From Octopus vulgaris (taxonomy: Eukaryota): a DNA stretch of 64,000 bases. The notes beneath the pieces were generated by a model. It was not told where the DNA came from. It searched no databases and was given only the letters and a program-made list of their open reading frames with translations. Where the stretch lies: NCBI GenBank assembly GCA_951406725.2, contig OX597814.1, positions 50,840,001 through 50,904,000 on the forward strand. Reading direction: 5' to 3'. This document shows positions 52,128-64,000 of this stretch, one piece after another. The stretch's first letter is position 1, and each line of letters starts with the position of its first letter. The translations under genes and the position numbers were made by a program.

Positions 52128-52340
52128 TGGTAAGAGCTGGCAGAAATGTTAGCACGCCAGGTGAAATGCGTAGCCATATTTCGTCTGCCATTATATTGTG
52201 AGTTCAAATTCCGCCAAGGTCGACTTTGCCTTTCATCCTTTCGGGGTCGATAAATTAAGTACCAGTTACGCACTGGGGTCGATGTAATCGACTTAATACC
52301 TATGTCTGTCCTTGTTTGTCCCCTCTATGTTTAGCCCCTT
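52128..52340 (+). mobile_element. Family C SINE, young copy
   Basis: gagctggcagaaatgttagcacgcc...gagttcaaattccgccaaggtcgactttgcctttcatcctttcggggtcgataaattaagtaccag. It sits within an A head: ggtgtggctg at ~52115, resuming at ~52365-52505. Confidence 0.88.
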
Positions 52341-52584
52341 GTGGGTAATAAAGAAATAGGTATGAAGCTAAGAAATCTTACTTTCCAACCATGTGGTCTT
52401 GGGTTCAGTTCCACTGTTCAGTACCTTGAGCAGGCATCTTCTACTATAGCCCCAGGCCAACCAAAGCCCTGTGAGTGGATTTGGTGAGCGGAAACTGAAA
52501 GAAATACCCACTCCCTCCTCCATATTATTGGCTGGGTTTTTTGTTTTCTTTTTTTGGAGTTATATCATTTCTTTTCCTTTCTCA

Positions 52585-52955
52585 TTTGTTGTGCTGGTAT
52601 CTCTGATGACTCTGAAAACCTGTCCTTGCATGATGCATGTATTCCACATATGCTGGTAGACATGGTTGGGCCTTTCCAATTTTGCAGTTTGTATTCTTCG
52701 TTTCTGTGATTATATTATTCAAAGACTGCTGTAGCGCCAGAGCTTATACAATCTGCTACTTGTTCTTCTTATGTTCTGGTGTTGATGTTGGTTTTCTTCA
52801 TAGTCTGATTGAGTTGATCTTTGTAATGTCACAAGTATGTCATTTTTATTATGATAGCCATACCTCATAAGGAGGTTATATCAGATAAAATTTATATATC
52901 ACAGATCAAAGAGCATCTATTCTCCTCATGTATGTTCTATCATTTTCCATCAAAT
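52585..52955 (-). mobile_element. RTE/BovB-type LINE C-terminal relic with degenerate C2H2 finger
   Basis: Minus strand HYKDQLNQTMKKTNINTRT*EEQVAD (cf. RYKDxLKxxLKxxxI...WExxAxDR) and downstream RTGFQSHQRYQH. Confidence 0.65.
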
Positions 52956-53832
52956 GATTATAAATGTATGAATGGTTAAGCATAAAGAAGTAGTCATCAC
53001 CTTTTCTTCACTTGCCTGGGACTTGATTTGGATTGCCGATTACATTTTCTAAGGCTTTGCAAGTATGAAGGACTATAAGAAGTAGCATTGCCTCTGCTGT
53101 GCTATTAACATAGCTTTGTCACCCATATACTAATTGATGCTCTCGACCAAACATAATGGGTACTGTATCTTTCCAATCTTTAAAAAAATATTTTTTTAAA
53201 GTCTGTATATCAGTTAGGGTGCTAGTCAACCATCCTAACTGTGGCTTGAAATTAACAGCTTTTGCTATTTATGAAAAGCAATACTGTTAATCTATATGCC
53301 ATCGTTTGTTACTTATCAGTATCTAAGGAACATATCAATGTCAGCCACTGTCCTTTGAATTAAATTATCATGTACTCATGCTTGTGTGCACAGACACACA
53401 CATGCGCGCGCATACACTCATGCACATTCTTACACAGAACATATTTTGGTTTAAAAGTAGTCCTGTTAGTTGTCCTGGGTTTCAATTTTTATGGTTTACA
53501 TTGTTAATATATTTCACACAAACCTCTATGTCAGCTCAGATTAAAATATCAGATGATACAATAGAAGCATCTTTATAATATAAATATTACCGACACCACA
53601 TACTTAACATCCATGTATTTTGTTTAAACACCAGGGAAAACTCCATTTAAAGGCATATAGTGTTAAAAAAAGGAATATACTTCAGAGCTAGGTGAAAGAA
53701 AATTGCCCCCAGAAACTCTGAAATATATTGTTTTTTAAAGGGACTTTTCTCAAATGATAAACCTTAGCTCCAGGTGTTTAAATAACCTATGTACATAAAG
53801 TATGTAGTATCAGTGATGTTTACATCATCAAT

Positions 53833-54222
53833 ACTCTTACTCTTTTACTTGTTTCAGCCATATGATTGTGGCCATGCTGGAGCACCGCCTTTAATCGAGC
53901 AAATCGACCCCAGGACTTATTCTTTGTAAGCTTAGTACTTATTCTATCAGTCTCTTTTGCCCAAATTTTAAGTTATGGGGACGTAAACACACCAGCATAG
54001 GTTGTCAAGAGATGTTGGGGGGACAAACACAGATACACAAACATATACACACACATACATACATACATACATATATATGACGGGCTTCTTTCAGTTTCTG
54101 TCTGCCAAATCTACTCACAAGGCTATAGTAGAAGACACTTGCCCAAGGTGCCACGCAGTGGGACTGAACCCGGAACCTTGTGGTTTGTAAGCAAGCTACT
54201 TACCACACAGCCACTCCTACGC
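53833..54222 (-). mobile_element. Family A SINE, young copy with a short head deletion
   Basis: Very similar to 19073-19499; lacks the ttggtcggcccgaggc segment. Confidence 0.92.
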
Positions 54223-54230
54223 ATATGCTT

Positions 54231-54590
54231 TATATGAAATTGTTGCATTCAATCTGGTATACCACATGTATTCGCTGGCACATACCTGTATCGCATATAG
54301 GGCAGTTAGTCAGTGAGCATTGATTGTTGTTGTCTTTGGATTGCTTTTTAGGCAGGTATCCACACAGAGAAGGACCAAAGTGTGCTAACTGTATGTCTGG
54401 TCCTTCTTTGTAGATAGCTTTGCAGATAGCTGTGGTTATGCTTTCGCTGAAATGTGGTAATTTCATAAAGCAGGTGTTAGAGGATGTCTTATGCCTGCAG
54501 CACCTTTGATTCTTAAGTCTTTTCATTATGGATGTTGACTATCCATTCATCTTCAGTACATCTATGAAATTCATTTGGTAGAATACATGG
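54231..54590 (-). mobile_element. Penelope-like element ORF relic (RT C-terminus, Cys linker, start of GIY-YIG)
   Basis: FIDVLKMNG*...KLPHFSESITTAICKAIYKEGPDIQLAHFGPSL...CSLTNCPICDTGMCQRIHVVYQIEC contains the PLE pattern NGY...LP(Y/H)...CxxxxCxxC...VVYxIxC. Truncated by a SINE before the YIG motif. Confidence 0.75.
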
Positions 54591-55274
54591 TTCCAGGTTA
54601 TATTCCCCGATGTGACACACTAGGCAAGTGTCCTCTATAAGATCTGTAGGCTGACCAAAGTGCTTTGTGAAGGGAATGTGGTTAACAAAAACTGTTCAGA
54701 AGCCAATCGCATGTGTATGTGTTTGTATGTATGTGTATGTATCTTGTACCATTTAAAAGAGGGCAGCGTTGAGTCAAAATGATAACTTAGCCTGTTAGTA
54801 AAATGCTTAATAAGCTGAAACCAGTAAAAGAGTATGCACAAAGACAGCATCAAAATCTTGAAGCTATAAGATAATCCATGATTAACTTAAATCAATATGA
54901 ATAAATTAAGCATTACATTTAACAGACTAATCTGGATGTTAAAGGTTTAATTGAATTAACTTTGAATATAAGTTTATTTCATAAGGTACTAAAATTGCCA
55001 TTACACAACTGTGTCCTGGTTGCACATGCAGTCTCACTTTAACTGCTGCAGTGTAAGTGTGTTAGTGACCACCAGCTTTGTGTACTATTAAATACCTCTT
55101 CCATGACATTGTTACTTCAATTTCAACAAGCAAATTTGAGATAAGTACACCTCTAAAATTTTCCAACACTTATACGTTATATAATACACACAATGCATTT
55201 TATTTCAAACATTATATTTATTCCAACACTATATTTTATGTAGTACCCAATTTACATATTCGTTTCTAATGTTA

Positions 55275-55495
55275 TCATCGACATCATCATTTAAATGTCC
55301 ACTTTGCCACACTCGCATCTGTTGGACAGAATTTGGGGCAGATTTTTCTGTAACCAGATGCCCTGTCTATCACCAACTCTTATCTGTTTTCAAGCAAGGT
55401 AATATTTTTCCATGGTCAGAATATTGGAGAAGAATGATTTTCATTTGCAACAATCACAAACTGTCACAATAAGAAGACACAAACATACACACACT

Positions 55496-55573
<78 letters not shown>

Positions 55574-55745
55574 CAGGCCTGCACACACACACAGCAGACT
55601 TGGCTTCTTTTAAGTTTTTCCCCAATAGGCTTTGGTCGGCCTGGGGCTGTAGTAGACGACACTGGCCCAAGGTGCCAGGCAGTGGGACTGAACTTAAAAC
55701 CATATGGTTTGGAAGCAAACTTCTCAACTTCACAGCTATGCCTGT
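55275..55745 (-). mobile_element. SINE with A head, (TA)n/(TG)n linker and E tail
   Basis: E tail at 55275-55485 and A head at 55600-55745, both on the minus strand. Confidence 0.8.
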
Positions 55746-55799
55746 ACCTAAGTCTCATGTACAAATTAAAAAGAGAACTAACAGATTAACATGCAATGA

Positions 55800-56310
55800 C
55801 AAAGCTCTCAGTACCATCTATGAAGTGGTTGATCTTGATATGTATGTAGAAAGTTGATACTGTATAGTCAGTGGAAGCAATGAGAGCACAAAATATTTAG
55901 AGGGTTCTTTGGCAAGTTAATAGGAAGAAACCAGGACTTCAAGTGTGTCAGATGTACTTGTGAAGTAAACTCCAATGAAATCAAGCACATGAACTGTTGA
56001 GGCTGCTTCCCAGAAGTAAAAGATAACTTCTGTTACCTGTATGATTTAGTCAGTGCTAGAAGTAGTTGTAGTGAAAATTAATGGAAAGGAAAACATTTGA
56101 GAGAACTGTTACCTCTGTTGATAATAAATTTTTCTCGCTAATAAGAAAATCAGGCTGAATAAAGTATATGTGAGGAAAGTGGTGCAGCATATGTGAAGAG
56201 AAATGAAGTATGAGCTTTGGAGAAGGAAAATCTGTGGAGAATGTGGAGAAATGAGTAAAGTATCATCTGTAGGAGTTCGCAATGTATTGTCGTACACACT
56301 CATTGAACAT
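55800..56310 (+). mobile_element. RTE-clade LINE relic, late RT region
   Basis: Fragments PSMKW..(IC)RK, EVKDNFCYLYDLVSARSSCSE (cf. EVVDSFxYLGDxISxxGGCSE) and RELLPLL. Confidence 0.65.
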
Positions 56311-56861
56311 AGGCTAGCATAAATTGAAAATATTAAAACTATGATGATGGTGATGGTGATGGTGATGCCTGTATGTTTAAACTGCCAAAATAACTTAAAT
56401 ACAATACAATTATTTAGTTTCAGTACTTAATGTTAGTTCTAATCTCTCTCAAACATGACAAAGAAATATACATATATCATTCAGCATCAACACTACATGA
56501 CTATGGGAAGTATTTGTGCATTGAATATTCTCCTGAAAACCACATTTTGATATATATATATATATATATGTGTGTGTGTATAATATAATATATATAATAT
56601 ACATATAAATATATATAATATAATATAATATATATATTATATAATATAATATATATAAACATATATATATATATATATATATATGTAAATATATACACAC
56701 ACACACACAATATCAGGAAAATATATTCAAAGACTAGATATTGAACTACGCCTTACCCCCATCCTACTGAGAGAGCACATCTATCTTCCTGGTTCTGTTG
56801 CTTTTGCAAAGGCCACTATCACAAATCTTTGTCATATTTGCTCTCAGTTTTTGATTCTCTC

Positions 56862-56901
<40 letters not shown>

Positions 56902-58438
56902 GGTGTGTGATAAAAAGTAATTTAAATAAGAGGTATGGGGAGAACTTTTATAAAATTGTATGTACAACCTAAAAATTTATAGTGAATCAAAGATACACAC
57001 ACACACACACACACACATATTAACATTAGAATTTTCTTTTTTTAAAAATTTGTTTTATAATTTGAAAAACAAATCTTAAAGCTACAAACTGACATCTTTA
57101 GTTTTTTTTTTTTCTTTTAATTTCTTGACAGTTTTTTTTTGTAAGAGTAAGTTTTTAAAAATACTTTTCTTCCTCTGTTTTGGTTTGCTCATACTTTTAT
57201 TTTATTTTCCTAAATAAGACATCAATATGATAGCTTTGACATTTATCTAAGATGTGTGAAAGGTTTAGTTTGTTTTTTAAACAGGTTTACTCACAAGAAA
57301 AAGTACTCTTCTCTGATTTTTTTCTCTTAAGTTAACTTATCTAATTTAAACCAAAAACCTTATGAGATGTCAGCAGCACTTCTTGACATTTACAGAAAAG
57401 TCTTCACATTGTTATTCTGGTTTTTTTATCTACAATTATTTTTTCTTAGTTGTCTCTCTGCTGTTGTTTTAATGCAGCATGTTATATTTTACATTTGTAA
57501 ACAAAAGTGCTGTATAGGAGTCCATTTTCTCTTTCTCATTGTAAATTTTTTTTTTAAGTTTCTTTTCTTACTGACAACTTACATCATTCATTCATTCATT
57601 CATTCCAATTTTTTACCTGCTACACATTTGTCTTTATATTTATTACTTCATTTTCTTTTTTTGATATTTCATTTTCACAATAATATTTTCTTCTTTTTAA
57701 ATACTATTCTATTTAAACATATCTATATTATCCAAGATCCCAACTTAAATGAATTCAGGTGGCAAGTAAGCCTGAAGAAATAATTAAGGATAAAATAATA
57801 ATTGAATTGTTCCAGTATTTATCTGTAGTGTAATAAAGTGCAACAAATTACTCTTTTAATTGAATATCTCAACATTGCCAATTTGGTCAAATAATGATAA
57901 TTCCATTTCCATTTAGTGCTGACATTTCACTCCAGTCATCTAATTTGTTTGCTGTCTGTTAGTGATATGTAACTCTTGATAGATTATTGATTCAATGAGT
58001 TTAGTATAAAATTGTTCTCATTAACTATCTAATATATGACTATAGAAATGAAAATGACAGAACTAAATAGAAAAAAATTAAAATATTAACATATCAAACA
58101 TCTTTTCATCCAAAAATCAACTGCCTGTTTATACAGATGACTTCTTAAAAGAGTTTGGCTACAAACTTAACCAAACAGTAGAGTGCAAATGGGAAGTTGT
58201 GACATGTATATTTTACTCAACAACATTAGAAGTATGATGTGAAATACTAACAAGAAGTAAAACCAGTCATAAGCTTCCCTTGCCAAGAAATTTATGCAAC
58301 TTACAATATACAATTTATGTTTGTACTGGAATAATATATTCAAAACTATGAAGAATTGATTAAATTTCTAAAGTTCTTGAAGAATGATTATCTTCAATAT
58401 ACTTTCCTTAGTAAAACATTTTCTGTTTCTGCTTTTAG

Positions 58439-58504
58439 GAAACCCTTATGGAGAGGAAATTGACGATGAGGAAACACAGAACTCTGAATTGCTTGGAAGT
58501 TCAG
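58439..58504 (+). CDS. Candidate 66-nt internal coding exon, phase 1-1; protein not recognised
   Basis: Acceptor ttttctgtttctgcttttAG, donor CAG|GTTAGC. Length divisible by 3. Open frame xNPYGEEIDDEETQNSELLGSSx. Purine-rich and GC-richer than its AT-rich flanks. Confidence 0.65.
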
Positions 58505-59458
58505 GTTAGCTAATATTATTTTTCATTGTATGTGGTCTTGTTTGTTTGGAGTTTTTTTTTTGTTTATTTGAACAAACTCTACAAAATCAATATTAACCAA
58601 AGCACAGATTCTTATTAACTCAGTTCCATAAATGACATGTATGAAACCAGAGTATATATACAGTAAAATAACTATGCAGAATACCATAATGAAAGATGAT
58701 TTACATGGAGAATACCAAAAGCATCACTATCTTATAAAGAATAATGTTGTGAACAAAAATACAAGATATACTAATATAATTTAGTGAAGAAAATTTTTTA
58801 AATTTACTATATTTTCATAAATGAAATGTTATGTTTATTTATTACAATATCAGCTTTGATAATTAATTCAATCAATTAGTTATTATAATTATATAGCAAA
58901 ACTTGTTGCTTCGCATAAGTATGGTGATTCTCCTTTGGCAAAAAATGATATGTCAAATAGTTGATATATTAATAAGAACTATCATGAAGGAAACTAAAGT
59001 ATTGTGAGTTTTTTAGAAGCTTTTATATGACTTAGTCTGAGAAGAATGGCCTTTTAGACTGGTGTATGACCTCTGAGGCTGATACATGGCCTTTAAGACC
59101 ATAGGAATAAAGGGAAAAAATATGATTCATGGCTTATCCTTAGAATGGAGATCTGGTCCAAATGCTTTCAACAGAGTGGACTTCACTAAAGGCACCTAAA
59201 AGTTTGGAGGTGTTGATAAATTAACAGATTAAGCTTACCACCACAAAATAGATCCATGCTTCTGTCTATTTAATTTTACTCAGAAGGCTTGGGTTAAGCT
59301 AAGACTACGATAGAAGAAATGTGCCCAAGATGTTAAATAGTGGAATCAGATGGCAACCATATGATTCTGAAACAACTTATTCCATAGCCATGTCTGTGTC
59401 ATGTCACACAAAAGAATACAAAACATAAACTTATGAAGACAAACATTTTGAGGATATG

Positions 59459-59778
59459 TCATCATCATCATCGTTTAACGTCCATTTTCCATGCTAGCAT
59501 GGGTTGGACGGTTCGACCGGGGTCTGGGAAGCCAGAGACTGCACCAGGCTCCAGTCTGATCTGGCAGTGTTTCTACAGCTGGATGCCCTTCAGTGGGTGC
59601 TTTTTACGTGCCACCAGCACAGGTGCCAGGGGAGGCTGGCAATGGCCATGATCGGTTGGTGCTTTTTACATGCCACCAGCACGGAAGCCAGTCAAGGCAG
59701 GAAACTGGCATCGGCCACGTTCAGATGGTGCTTTTTACGTGCCACCAGCACAGGTATTACAACTACAATTTCCAAGTA
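59459..59778 (-). mobile_element. Family D-related subfamily 3' end with three structured units
   Basis: (CAT)n-cgtttaacgtccattttccatgctagcatggg... plus three gtgctttttac(g/a)tgccaccagcac motifs. Confidence 0.88.
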
Positions 59779-60479
59779 ATCTTTGTTAATATTTCATTTT
59801 ATTTTGTTTCTGCTAAATATATAACCCAAGTAATAATAGCACAAAGCCACAAACTTTGGTTGAAAATAAATAGTTAAATTAATTGCAAAATAAACTTCTT
59901 AAGCACTTGGAATATTCTTGGAATATTTGAATACAGTTTGCTATCCTTTATTTATGGCAAAAGTTATTTTATTCTTCGTAGTTTAATTTAGTGGTTGTCA
60001 ATCTCATGGACCAAATCAAAAAGATAGAGTAGTATTTTTTTTTTTTATTGTTGTGACTTGAAACAAATCAATGTTCTATATTTCTACAAAAATGTGAGAT
60101 ACCGTCACTTTGTAAAAAGTGAAAGTTTCTCCAGGTATGATGATATTTTAAGATGTAAACGTTTACACATTACTAAATTGAATGGAACACAGAGATTAAT
60201 AACATCTCATACACTGTTGCAAAATAGCTTTACATAAAATGTTATAGTTTGGTATTTGTAAACCTCAATGCTAATAGTCTGAACTTTAGAATAATGGGTA
60301 AAATTATAATCACAGTTGATCTTCGACTACAGCATTATAGTATAGTATATACTTGTTTTTACTCATGTGATGAATAACTAGAAATTGAAGAGATTTTATG
60401 AAAATGGTGAAAGTTTTTCTTTTTTTTTAAGCTTTGTATTTGTATTTTATCCCCCACTGCATACATACACACATACACA

Positions 60480-62645
60480 CTACAACAACAAACAGCTTTC
60501 CTAATAAAGCAGAGGTTAGCCTAGCAAGACCTTTGTCTCCCCATTTTCTCCTATTGTCTACATGCCCCCTCATCAACTCCCTTGCTCTCATTTCCTCTTC
60601 CATCACCTTTAGCCCTATCTTTTTCAGTCTTCCTCTACTTCCTATCACATCTGTTTTCATCACTCCTCTCACCCAGTCACATTCATCCTTCCTCAGCATG
60701 TGACCCAGTCATCTCATCCCATTTCTTTCCACAACATACAACACTGGCTCTATTCCCATCTTCCTCTCCTAGGGTCACTGTTCATCCACCATACCATTCT
60801 CATTTCCTTCTTTCCAGCCTTCTCTGCTACTCCATATTTATTATCTATCTCTCATAAATTCTCTCACTTCTCACACATGCAGCATACACCTTTTCCTTTA
60901 GTTTCAGTGACATTCTCTTCCTCATTAGTATGTCATTCAGTTCCCAGAACTTCTATGTGCATCTCACTCTAGCAATTGTCACTGAGTCTGATCCATCTCT
61001 TCTATTCACCATGTCTCCTAGGTAACAAAATGTTTTCACACCTCCCATTTTCATGTCATTTACAACATCCAACTTAACATTTCCTCCATCTGCATCTCCC
61101 TCCATACATACCATTCACTTAAAATGTAGCTTCCACATTTGTTAATAACAACTACATTTTCAAAGAACTCACCCAGTGCATATTGTGCATATGGAATTTG
61201 CTCCAGCATTTTTCCTGTGCATTGCATGCAGCCACTTCTCAGTTCATTCCACCTCATCATATATTTTCTCACTTGCCATCACCTTCATCTTTTCAATTTA
61301 TGCCTTCATACCTTTTGTTACTATACATTTCTTCTACCTATTCATCTTCTTCAGTCTGTCTGTGCTCTCTTGCAATTAGCACCAAATTGACTGTGTACAT
61401 CAACTTCCATGATAAACTCTCTTTAATGAGTTCAGCTAGCACCTCCATCACAACTACAAATAAGGGAGCTTAACATTTATCTCTGATGCACTCAACCTTC
61501 ACTGCAAACTCATCGCTATTCCTGTCCTTCATCTTTACAACTATGTATGTTGTCATATATTGACATCACTATTCTAAACAACCATTTCCACCACTCTTAA
61601 CTCTGTTAATATCCATGTCATCAAATGTGGAATCCAGTTGAAAGCCTTCTTTGCATTGGCAAACCCCCAAACAACTTCTCTCTCTTTGTCCCTGCATTTA
61701 TAAAATAAAAATTATATCAGTCATTCTTCTTCCTGTCATGAATCCAAACTGCACTTCATCAATCTTCACCTTCTTCTTTATCCCCTTCTCTACCACTTTT
61801 TCCAATAGCTTCATTATTCTACACTTCAATGACTTAGTTATTCTATTCAAGCTGCAGTCTAATGAGAATACTCAACTTCCTATCCACTGGAATATGGTCT
61901 TCTTTCTCCATCAACCTACAAACCTGTCATTTGCTTCATATACCAACTTTTTGCTTTAAAATATCGCCTGTGACTCCTGTCAGCCCTCTTTTTCCACTCT
62001 TAATTCTCAGTGCTTTCTTAATTCTTTCCCAGTTATTTCCTCTGCTGGTCCTAGAATTAAATTACTTTCTATGTAACCATCAGATCCATTCTCCACATTC
62101 AACAACCTCACCATATATTTCTTCCACCTTCCTTTAATTCCATCGAGCACTAAGAGCACCATCCGAGTGTGATCGTTGCCAGAGCGGCTAATTGGCATCC
62201 GTGCCGGTGGCACATAAAAAGCACCATTCAAGCATGATCGTTACCAGCGACGCCTTACTGGCACTTGTGCAGGTGGCACATAAAAAAAAAAAACACCATT
62301 TGGGCGTGGTCGTTGCCAGTACCGCCTGACTAGCCCTTGTGCAAGTGGCACGTAAAAGCACCAACTACACTCTCAGAGTGGTTGGCATTATGAAGAGCAT
62401 CCAGCAGTAGAAACTCTGCCAGATCAAGATTGGAGGCTGGTGCAGCCATCTGGTTCGCCAGTCCTCAGTCAAATCGTCCAACCTATGCTAGCATGGAAAG
62501 CGAACATTAAACGATGAATGATGATGATGATCCATGACAATTTGTTTTACTTCATCTTTCAAGTAGCTCACCCCTATTACATTACCGTCACATCTCTCTT
62601 TAACTAACTGCTTTGCAATCTTAAATTACTCTTTCTGACTCTCCT
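60480..62645 (-). mobile_element. Decayed RTE-clade LINE: RT domain through 3' end, interrupted by a family D copy
   Basis: Minus-strand motifs in order: FKIAKQLVKE (~62600), GRWKKYMVRLLNVEN, QFGFMTGRRMTDIIF (~61730), AKKAFNWIP (~61640), WKLMYTVNLVLIA (degenerate YADD, ~61390), FCYLGD (~61020), HMLRKDECDWVR..GSRGR. Ends in a (GTT)-like tail. Many stops and frameshifts. Confidence 0.9.
62144..62531 (+). mobile_element. Family D retroposon 3' end with 3-4 structured units, inserted in the RTE relic
   Basis: Units gtgccggtggcacataaaaagcacc etc., terminal block and (GAT)n. TCCAT flanks both sides as a short target duplication, and the RTE frame resumes across it. Confidence 0.9.
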
Positions 62646-64000
62646 GTGAATCTATACATTTAGAGGAACATCAGAGGATGAAGATCGCAAAGTAGTTGGA
62701 TATCAAACAAATTGATAAAGTATATATCCTTCCTTCATTAGGCCCTCAACTCTTGATGGAGTCATAGGAGTGTAATTGTGACATACAGTATGTTTTAGGC
62801 ATTTAAACTTGGCAGACACCATCCCTGTTCAAATTTAAACATAGCTGATATCTTCCAGAAAGAAAAAAGGTGGGGAAAAGGAGGGAGAAAAATCAACCCC
62901 AGTACTGGACTGATATTTTATTTATTGACCCTGAAATAATGAAAGGCAAAGTTGAACTCAGTTTATAGAGAGCCTGAAGAAACAACACAAGGCATTCTTT
63001 TTGATATTGAAATGACTCTACTAACTTGCCATCGTTAGATGAAAAACTAGTAGAATATATTTGTATGTAACATAAACCCTTTAACAGATTTCTGAGCTAC
63101 TTTCAGAGTTTGCACTAACTGTTACATTCTCCATATTGTATTGCCTTTTCTAAGTTTGTCTTGCTCTTTTCCTTGTGTGCACGCGCGTGTGTGTGTGTGT
63201 GTGTGTTCATAACTCAATACAGCATTTGAATATCATGATTTAGTGTCATCACTATTAGTTTCATTTTTTTTTTAAAGTTACATTGAAAACCATTGCTATA
63301 CTTTCAAAATTTTACTTTGGTATTGATATTCATTTCCAGATATCTGCTTCAAAGTTCTTGAATTCTTTAATCTGTGGTGGACAGCATCAACTGTTAATAC
63401 ATTAAATAGTGAGATTACCTGATTGTTCTTGTAAAATACACCTTCCAGCATATTCTTTTGATGACATCTACCACTTGGCCATTATATATTGGTCTCAAAT
63501 CTTAGCACACAGCCAGCAGTTTTGGGGGAGGGGACAAATTGATTAAATCAACCCCAGTGCTCAACTGGTATTTATTTTATCAATTCCAAAAGGATGAAAG
63601 GCAAAGCCAACTTTGGCAGAATTAGAACTCAAAAGATAGAGAACTTAGCCACTTTTTATCAAGTGCAAGAGAGTCTGCTATTTTGTTGGTCCACTGAAAG
63701 TGCCTGACATAGAAGCAGTATACAATAAGTATATTGCATATATGGTTTTAAGTAAGGTTACAAAGACATTGAAACTAAAAAGAATGCTAAAAAGCACTCA
63801 ATATTTAGGTAGAACAAATAATCAATGCATTGAGTTATAATGCTTACATCACTTTCGTCACTTGGTATACATGTTGTGCAGAATAGATGTGTTTGTTTGG
63901 AGTAAAAGGCTCTCAGAGAACTCATCTGTTTCAATGGTCATGTAAATGTATACATACATACAACACATATGTAGTGGTTAGCACAGGTATACAATAAACA

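Noticed and set aside
54230-54526. 98-aa Cys-rich ORF as a host gene
   Set aside because: Motifs match a Penelope-like element linker; an upstream in-frame stop and SINE truncation indicate a relic.

Overview
AT-rich, microsatellite-dense eukaryotic (animal) DNA with no long genuine ORF. The SINE/LINE repertoire looks like that of octopus (coleoid cephalopod); this assignment is inferred from remembered repeat families, not from a search. The window reads as intronic or intergenic. I find one good + strand internal exon candidate (58439-58504) and two weak ones. The rest is mostly repeats: several tRNA-derived SINE families with exchangeable modules (labelled A, B, C, E, F here), 5'-truncated copies of a structured retroposon 3' end (D), five decayed RTE-clade LINE ORF fragments, two Penelope-like ORF relics plus inverted pLTR-like fold-backs with hammerhead-like motifs, piggyBac-type and Tc1/mariner-type MITEs, and a decayed 5S rRNA copy. 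Most worth following up: (1) tandem ~65-70 nt units in family D with conserved stems, variable loops and a possible H-type pseudoknot; (2) a 154-nt palindrome whose mismatches are mostly G-U on the + strand; (3) a pre-miRNA-sized hairpin at 9.2 kb; (4) a 5S-derived head abutting a family F body (possible SINE3); (5) a Cys-rich, PHD-like insert inside the RT domain of two RTE relics. Nearly all ORFs in the supplied track are microsatellite or repeat artefacts. Repeat boundaries were read by eye and are approximate.
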